Of a DNA stretch of 7,288 nucleotides, positions 1 to 4,377 are shown piece after piece. The notes under the pieces were generated by a model. It was given only the letters and a program-made list of their open reading frames with translations, was not told the DNA's origin and ran no database searches. The stretch lies in assembly GCA_041657425.1 (NCBI GenBank), contig JBBABY010000017.1, forward strand, positions 1 to 7,288, written 5' to 3'. Positions within the stretch are counted from its first letter, which is position 1, and every line of letters begins with the position of its first letter. Made by a program: the position numbers and the translations under genes. The stretch is from an archaeon (GTDB lineage: Archaea > Iainarchaeota > Iainarchaeia > Iainarchaeales > CSSED10-239).

Positions 1-485
1 ACCAAGACCCTTACTGGAGAATACAAAGAGATGTTGCTGAAAAGATTGGTTACAAAAAAGTTGTTGCAGTTCATAACAAACTACTTGCACCACTTCAAGG
101 ACTTGAAGGAAAGATGTCAACAAGTGTTAATGGTTCTGCAATCTTTTTAAGTGATTCAGAAAAAGAAATTACAAGTAAGATTAACAAGTTTGCATTTACT
201 GGTGGGCAACCAACACTTGAAGAACAAAGAATTAAAGGCGGGAACACAGACATCTGTGTTGTTTACAATTGGTTAGAGGTTCTCTTTGAAGAAGACGATA
301 ATCTTTTAGCAGAAAGGAAAAAAAATTGTAAAGCCGGAAAAATACTTTGTGGAGAATGTAAAAAATACTTGGCAGAGAAAGTTAATAAGTATATTAAACA
401 CCATCAAGAACAAAGAATCAAGAATGCGCCACTTGTTGAAAAATACAAATACACAGGTAAACTTGCAAAAGAAATGTGGAAATAA
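1..485 (+). CDS. trpS: Tryptophanyl-tRNA synthetase, archaeal/eukaryotic type, C-terminal part (N-terminus lies off the window)
   Basis: Frame 3 is open from the window edge (first full codon at 3). It reads QDPYWRIQRDVAEKIGYKKVVAVHNKLLAPLQGLEGKMSTS..., which matches the DQDPYFR block and the KMSAS-class loop (here KMSTS) of archaeal/eukaryotic TrpRS. Downstream, NKFAFTGGQPTLEEQRIKGGN...LFEEDDNLL parallels the eukaryotic [21 protein letters not shown]...FLEDDDKL region. Stop codon TAA at 483-485. The ATG at 114 in the ORF track is the internal Met of KMSTS, not the start. Confidence 0.9.
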   Translation, partial: QDPYWRIQRDVAEKIGYKKVVAVHNKLLAPLQGLEGKMSTSVNGSAIFLSDSEKEITSKINKFAFTGGQPTLEEQRIKGGNTDICVVYNWLEVLFEEDDNLLAERKKNCKAGKILCGECKKYLAEKVNKYIKHHQEQRIKNAPLVEKYKYTGKLAKEMWK

Positions 486-487
486 TA

Positions 488-1084
488 ATGAAGAAAATTA
501 AAATTGCAATTGATCTTGACGACACTCTTGTTTCTACTGTGAATCTTTTAGTTAAGGAAATGCTTAAAGACAGAAGTTTTCCTGCATTTAGAGGATATCA
601 TTCTATTAAAGATTTTTCTTTTGATGAAGAAATGGCGTTATACAAATACATAAGAACAACAGTGAATAAACAAGATATAAAAAAATTCAAACCAATTCCT
701 GGATGCGTTTCTGTTGTCAAAGAATTATCGAAAACCTACGATTTATATCTAGTTACTGCAAGAACAAAAAATGTTAAGAAACATACAAGGGATTGGATTT
801 CCCATCATTTCCCTAATTGTTTTAAAAAAATCATATTTGGCCAATACTTAAAAGAAGGAGAATTTAAGAAAACCAAAGGCGAAATTTGTAAAGAACTTGG
901 AATTTCTTTAATCATTGATGATCGTTATGATTATTGTTTAGATTGTCATAAACATGGAATTAGAGCAATTGTTTTTGATTACAAGGGAAATTATGTTTGG
1001 TCGAAAGGAAAACTACCTAAAGAAATAAAAATTATCAAGAATTGGAAAGAAGTTTCTGAAATTATCAAAAAGACAAAGTTTTAA
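488..1084 (+). CDS. HAD-superfamily hydrolase, NT5C-like (putative 5'(3')-deoxyribonucleotidase family)
   Basis: HAD motif I is IAIDLDDTLV (DxDxT). Motif II-like is LYLVTART and motif IV-like is LIIDDRYD. The WISHHFPNCFKKIIFG block resembles the W..EHFP....IIF block of NT5C-type nucleotidases. The ATG at 488 lies 2 nt after the trpS stop. The ORF track starts at an in-frame GTG at 476, which would overlap trpS, so ATG 488 is preferred. Confidence 0.7.
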   Translation: MKKIKIAIDLDDTLVSTVNLLVKEMLKDRSFPAFRGYHSIKDFSFDEEMALYKYIRTTVNKQDIKKFKPIPGCVSVVKELSKTYDLYLVTARTKNVKKHTRDWISHHFPNCFKKIIFGQYLKEGEFKKTKGEICKELGISLIIDDRYDYCLDCHKHGIRAIVFDYKGNYVWSKGKLPKEIKIIKNWKEVSEIIKKTKF

Positions 1085-1113
1085 ACTTGTTTTATTCATC
1101 TATTTATATATAT

Positions 1114-1186
1114 AGCCCGGTAGTGTAGTGGCCAAGCATACAAGACTCTGGATCTTGTGACAGGAGTTCAAATCTCCTCTGGGCTA
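1114..1186 (+). tRNA. tRNA-Gln (anticodon CUG), no intron, no encoded CCA
   Basis: Cloverleaf folded by hand. Acceptor stem AGCCCGG (1114-1120) pairs with CTGGGCT (1179-1185), with discriminator A1186. D stem is GTGT/GCAT with D-loop AGTGGCCAA. Anticodon stem CAAGA (1141-1145) pairs with TCTTG (1153-1157), and the loop is CTCTGGA, giving anticodon CTG at 1148-1150. Variable region is 4 nt. T stem AGGAG/CTCCT carries loop TTCAAAT. The first pair is A1:U72, as in archaeal tRNA-Gln. Confidence 0.9.
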
Positions 1187-1207
1187 TCAGATTTGGGGGA
1201 AAATATT

Positions 1208-1447
1208 ATGGCAATATTTGATGTGTTTAAGAAAAAAGAAAAAACAGAAGAAGAAAAAGCTAAAGAATTGGAATTGCAAAAACAAAAAGCAAAACCTGTA
1301 GCACAAATTGATCTTGCTAATTGTAAATATCCAAAAGAAAATTGTGCAGTTTGTAGTCAACCTGGCTGTGATAAAAAATGGGGTGGACAATACTGGCATA
1401 AGAAGTGTTTAAGGTCAGTTAAAGGAATGGCAAGAGATATGGTATAA
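1208..1447 (+). CDS. Small (79 aa) Lys/Glu-rich protein with a C-terminal Cys/His cluster; putative zinc-binding protein of unknown function
   Basis: ATG at 1208 is preceded by GGGGG (1195-1199). Translation is MAIFDVFKKKEKTEEEKAKELELQKQKAKP..., followed by C39-x6-C46-x2-C49-x4-C54-x9-H64-x2-C67 (nt 1322-1408). The stop lies 3 nt before the next gene's ATG. The ORF-track start at 1157 (GTG) lies inside the tRNA and is rejected. Confidence 0.6.
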   Translation: MAIFDVFKKKEKTEEEKAKELELQKQKAKPVAQIDLANCKYPKENCAVCSQPGCDKKWGGQYWHKKCLRSVKGMARDMV

Positions 1448-1450
1448 TTT

Positions 1451-1918
1451 ATGCAAATATTTATTCTTGATAGAAACCCAAACAAAGCTGCAAGAATGCT
1501 TTGTGATAAACACGTTGTTAAAATGATTGTTGAATCTGCTCAAATACTTTCAACAGTCCATCATATCTACGATTCTAAAAATAAACATTTGGTTTATAAG
1601 AAAACACACGAGAAACATCCTTGTGTAATCTGGGCAAGTAAATCAAAGAACAATTATCTTTGGTTACTTAAACATCTTCAGGCACTTTTAGAAGAATATA
1701 CCTATAGATATGGAAAAGATCACAAAACTACAGAAATAAAAAAAATACTAGAAGAAACACCAAAAGGATTATTTTCTGTTGGGTTAACATCTTTTGCGCA
1801 AGTGGTTCCAGAAGAATATATACAAAAAAACGCAATCAAAGCATATCGTGAATTTTATAAAAAAGAAAAAAGAAGTTTTGCTAAATGGACTAAAAGAAAG
1901 AAACCAAATTGGTTCTAG
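1451..1918 (+). CDS. Conserved hypothetical protein (155 aa); possible distant T4 endonuclease V-like (pyrimidine-dimer DNA glycosylase superfamily) member
   Basis: A clean ORF that is not low-complexity, with its ATG 3 nt after the preceding stop. The N-terminus MQIFILDRNPNKAARMLCDKHVVKMIVESAQIL contains D19-K20-H21-x6-E28. As I recall it, T4 DenV has the same spacing in LADQHLMAEYRE (D14-x-H16-x6-E23). A later block HPCVIW...YLWLL...EEYTYRYGKDH follows. The function call is tentative. Confidence 0.65.
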   Translation: MQIFILDRNPNKAARMLCDKHVVKMIVESAQILSTVHHIYDSKNKHLVYKKTHEKHPCVIWASKSKNNYLWLLKHLQALLEEYTYRYGKDHKTTEIKKILEETPKGLFSVGLTSFAQVVPEEYIQKNAIKAYREFYKKEKRSFAKWTKRKKPNWF

Positions 1919-2916
1919 TGCCTTTTTCTTTTTCTATTACTTTTATCAAATATATCTCCTACTATCTCTTCTAAGATGTCTTCTATTGTTAAAAGACCTA
2001 TTACTTCACCATTGTCATTAACAACAACTGCCATTAATACTGACTTATCTTCAAAGTCATAAAGAATTTCTCCTATTTCTTTATCTGGAGAAACAAATTC
2101 TATTGGACGAATAATCTTTTTTATCTGTTCTTTACTTTTCTTTTCCTTAACTGCTTTTAAAACATCATCAACATCTACTACTCCAATTATATTATCTTCA
2201 TCTTCTAAATAAACTGGATATTTGGAGTGGCCTCTCTTTGTAATAAAATCAATGGCATCTTCTATTGTTTGATCTCCATCAATAATTTGAATCTTATCTT
2301 TTGAAGTCATTACTTTTGTAACCTTAGTATCCTCAAAATCAAGAACCTTATGCATAATCTTTGCTGCACTTCTACTTAAGATTCCTTCTTCTCTACTTAA
2401 TGTGAGAATTATTTTTAGTTCTTCTTCTGAAATCTTTTTTTCCACTTTTGGTCTAACCCACTTACTTATTAATGTTGAAATAAACGAATAAAATTTAATT
2501 AAAGGATAAAATAGAATAGAGAGATAATGAATTGGTGTTGCAACCATCAATGATATTTGTTCTGCATTCTGTACTGCATAGGTCTTTGGAAGGATTTCTC
2601 CAAATGTTAAGATAACTATGGTCATAACTCCTGCGGAGATCGCAACGCCCTTAGAACCAAAAAGATTTAAAAATAAAATTGTGGCTAAACTTGCTGCAAA
2701 AATATTTACTATATTATTTCCTATTAAAATAGTAACTATAAGTTTATGAGGATCTTTCTTTAACAGAAGTAAAGTTTTTGCGCCAGGTTTATTTTTATTA
2801 GCTAATGACTTTGCTCTTACAAAGTGTATAGACATTAAGGCCGTTTCTGATGCAGAAAAAAATGCAGAGAGAGCAATCAAGATCACTAAAATTAAAATTT
2901 GAAAAACGGATTCCAT
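1915..2916 (-). CDS. CNNM/CorB-type Mg2+/Co2+ transporter (DUF21 transmembrane domain plus CBS pair), TlyC/hemolysin-like family
   Basis: The N-terminus ILILVILIALSAFFSASETALMS is the DUF21 signature, and GNNIVNI and GEILPK blocks follow. The C-terminal half has two CBS-like repeats (VMTSKDKIQIID...; ...VVVNDNGEVIGLLTIEDILEEIVG). The protein ends shortly after CBS2 with a basic tail, KSNRKRKRH. Confidence 0.9.
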   Translation of the reverse strand: MESVFQILILVILIALSAFFSASETALMSIHFVRAKSLANKNKPGAKTLLLLKKDPHKLIVTILIGNNIVNIFAASLATILFLNLFGSKGVAISAGVMTIVILTFGEILPKTYAVQNAEQISLMVATPIHYLSILFYPLIKFYSFISTLISKWVRPKVEKKISEEELKIILTLSREEGILSRSAAKIMHKVLDFEDTKVTKVMTSKDKIQIIDGDQTIEDAIDFITKRGHSKYPVYLEDEDNIIGVVDVDDVLKAVKEKKSKEQIKKIIRPIEFVSPDKEIGEILYDFEDKSVLMAVVVNDNGEVIGLLTIEDILEEIVGDIFDKSNRKRKRH

Positions 2917-2956
2917 TTTGATTACAACCTTCTAAATAGAATTATATAATAAAACA

Positions 2957-3000
2957 ATTTTTAAACATTATTCTTTAATGTTTCTAAAAATAGAAAAAAA
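2957..3000 (-). terminator. Oligo-T tract plus AT-rich hairpin downstream of ORF 3017..3517 (candidate archaeal terminator)
   Basis: On the minus strand, a T7 run (plus-strand A7 at 2994-3000) sits 17 nt after the TAA at 3017-3019. It is followed by an inverted repeat, AAACATTA (2963-2970) / TAATGTTT (2976-2983), with a 5-nt loop. The stem can be extended by about 6 AT pairs if a 2-nt bulge is allowed. Confidence 0.35.
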
Positions 3001-3016
3001 GTATTTAAAAATAATT

Positions 3017-3517
3017 TTAAATACCTATATATTGTCTTATTCTTTGCTTTACTTTTGTGATATTATCTAAATAGATATTTAGTTTCTTTTCTGTTGCTAA
3101 CATTTGTTCTTCTGCATCTTTTACTTGTCCTGCAACAAAGAAACTTTCTGAACCTAATCCATTATATTTAATAAGTTCTTTTCTTGTGTCTATGTATTCT
3201 TTTAATGTATAGTAATATGCTGTGTAGTTCTCAAATAATCTACTAAATAAAACTCTTGTTGTATCGTCTTTAAAATACCTTCTGCCATCAATTTCAAAGT
3301 AGTTCTTTGTTTTTGCACCTAAACTATTATTATTTACTACATTATTTACGGACTCTAAATGCCCTTCTAACCAACTAACATCCTTTGATCTATATTCGCA
3401 TCTTTTTATTACTGCGGTTTCTGAAAGCTTTCTTGTTTCCTTAATTATTGTTTCATCAATCTCGATTTCGTCTCCTCCAGAAATCTTTCTAAAAAATTTT
3501 TTTAAAACTGTTATCAT
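3017..3517 (-). CDS. Hypothetical protein (166 aa), no recognisable domain
   Basis: The ORF has a non-repetitive, mixed composition. A GGTGA Shine-Dalgarno-like motif lies about 6 nt upstream of the ATG (minus-strand reading ggtgaagaaacATG). TATA-like boxes lie further upstream and an oligo-T tract lies downstream. I recognise no motif, signal peptide or TM segment. Confidence 0.6.
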   Translation of the reverse strand: MITVLKKFFRKISGGDEIEIDETIIKETRKLSETAVIKRCEYRSKDVSWLEGHLESVNNVVNNNSLGAKTKNYFEIDGRRYFKDDTTRVLFSRLFENYTAYYYTLKEYIDTRKELIKYNGLGSESFFVAGQVKDAEEQMLATEKKLNIYLDNITKVKQRIRQYIGI

Positions 3518-3600
3518 GTTTCTTCACCAAATTCCCCTATAAATTATTATTAAAAAGTATATATATTGTGCCTATAGTATTTAAATTATTATCTATGGTT
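3518..3600 (-). promoter_or_regulatory. Candidate promoter and RBS region for ORF 3017..3517
   Basis: The minus strand reads ...aatttaaatactataggcacaatatatatactttttaataataatttataggggaatttGGTGAagaaacATG. It contains TTTAAATA-like and ATATATATA-like TATA candidates and an SD-like GGTGA. Confidence 0.3.
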
Positions 3601-3662
3601 GTTCTTTTAAGAAAAAGCGACTTGGTCACAGATAAATACTGACGCTGAAGGAAAACTACGAC

Positions 3663-4193
3663 CTATAAATCAAACTTTTTTATTAATTTTTCTTTAAGAA
3701 TCAATTTTCTTAAATCAGTGGTTAATTTCTCTGGAGATACAGAAACAACATTAAAATCACACAATCTATTCCAACCAACATCTCCTTTATATCTTGGCAA
3801 AATGTGGAAGTGTAAATGCATTATACTTTCTCCTGCAATACGGCCTATACTACAACCTACATTATAACCTTCAGGTTTTTGATATTTCTCTAATGCGAAA
3901 ACAGAAAGATCTATCAAATTAAAAATTTCTTTTCTTTCTTCACTTGTTAAATCAACTATTTGATTAACATGTCTTTTTGGGAAAGCTAAAACGTGCCCTG
4001 CAGCATACGGATATTTCGCAGCCTGTAAATAACACTTTTTTGTTTCCAAAATTATGAACTCTTTTTCTATGTTTTTTGAACAAAATGGACAAACATTTGG
4101 ATCTTTTGTATTTTCTTTATCCTCACTCACTTTTGAAACATAATCTTTTCTCCAAGGAGCATAAAGCGATTTACATTTATCTTTTACAATCAT
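3663..4193 (-). CDS. HIT-family (histidine triad) nucleotide hydrolase/transferase
   Basis: The histidine triad HLHFHILPR (H126-x-H128-x-H130, nt 3804-3818) is present. The N-terminal YAPWRKDYV block and the CPFC motif are typical of the archaeal/bacterial HIT subgroup that begins ..APWR..Y...C.FC. The ATG at 4193 lies 6 nt after the stop of the upstream micro-ORF. Confidence 0.9.
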   Translation of the reverse strand: MIVKDKCKSLYAPWRKDYVSKVSEDKENTKDPNVCPFCSKNIEKEFIILETKKCYLQAAKYPYAAGHVLAFPKRHVNQIVDLTSEERKEIFNLIDLSVFALEKYQKPEGYNVGCSIGRIAGESIMHLHFHILPRYKGDVGWNRLCDFNVVSVSPEKLTTDLRKLILKEKLIKKFDL

Positions 4194-4199
4194 TTTTTA

Positions 4200-4376
4200 T
4201 CATTCCTTATAAAGTTTATAAATAAGTGCAGTAATTAATGCACCCATTGCAATTCCTACAGATAACCAAGTATTCAAAAATGCAGTAAATATTACTACTG
4301 TTGCTGCAAAGATTGCAAAAACGTTATCTTTAGTTAATTTTTTATTTATTTTTTTAGATTTCATATTTACTTCCAT
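4200..4376 (-). CDS. Small membrane protein (58 aa, two predicted TM helices), absent from the supplied ORF track
   Basis: Hand translation of the minus strand gives MEVNMKSKKINKKLTKDNVFAIFAATVVIFTAFLNTWLSVGIAMGALITALIYKLYKE, ending at TGA (4200-4202). The ATG at 4376 lies 1 nt after the metG stop codon (4378-4380). An alternative ATG at 4364 is preceded by GGAAGT. The ORF fills the metG-HIT gap almost exactly. A basic N-terminus is followed by two hydrophobic segments. Confidence 0.55.
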   Translation of the reverse strand: MEVNMKSKKINKKLTKDNVFAIFAATVVIFTAFLNTWLSVGIAMGALITALIYKLYKE

Positions 4377-4377
4377 T

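Noticed and set aside
476-487. GTG start at 476 for the HAD hydrolase, as listed in the ORF track
   Set aside because: It would overlap the trpS 3' end by 10 nt. The ATG at 488 places the start 5 residues before the DxDxT motif, as in other NT5C-like HAD proteins, and lies 2 nt after the trpS stop.
1078-1113. AT-rich boxes upstream of the tRNA (TTTTAAAC around 1078-1085 and TATTTATATATAT at 1101-1113), considered as a defined tRNA promoter
   Set aside because: A promoter here is plausible. However, the best TATA-looking box sits only a few nt from the mature 5' end, which is too close for the usual spacing of about -26. The better-spaced box overlaps the HAD stop codon and is weak. I cannot pin down a specific element from sequence alone.
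1157-1207. The 5' extension of the 96-aa ORF in the track, with a GTG start at 1157
   Set aside because: These codons lie inside the tRNA-Gln gene (1114-1186) and its trailer. The in-frame ATG at 1208, preceded by a G-run, is the credible start.
1187-1399. 70-aa minus-strand ORF antisense to the small Cys-rich gene
   Set aside because: It is an extremely low-complexity, Phe/Leu-rich product (FFFFCFFFFL). That is the mirror image of the Lys/Glu-rich AAA/GAA coding run on the plus strand, so it is a shadow ORF.
1946-1960. A sequence resembling the tRNA T-arm (tcaaatATAtctcct versus ttcaaatctcct), considered as a possible att-site duplicate marking an island integrated at tRNA-Gln
   Set aside because: The match is short, interrupted by a 3-nt insertion, and lies inside the conserved C-terminus of the CNNM coding sequence. 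No longer direct repeat of the tRNA 3' half is visible and no integrase is present.
1794-2021. 75-aa plus-strand ORF spanning the junction of the convergent genes
   Set aside because: It overlaps two well-supported genes in alternative frames, and its product is low-complexity (FFFFYYF, LLLL). There is no independent start signal.
3639-3648. Two CTGA motifs (3639-3642 and 3645-3648), considered as possible D/D' boxes of a C/D-box sRNA
   Set aside because: Neither strand has an RUGAUGA-like C box at the right distance, and the two CTGA motifs are only 2 nt apart. This is incompatible with C/D sRNA architecture.
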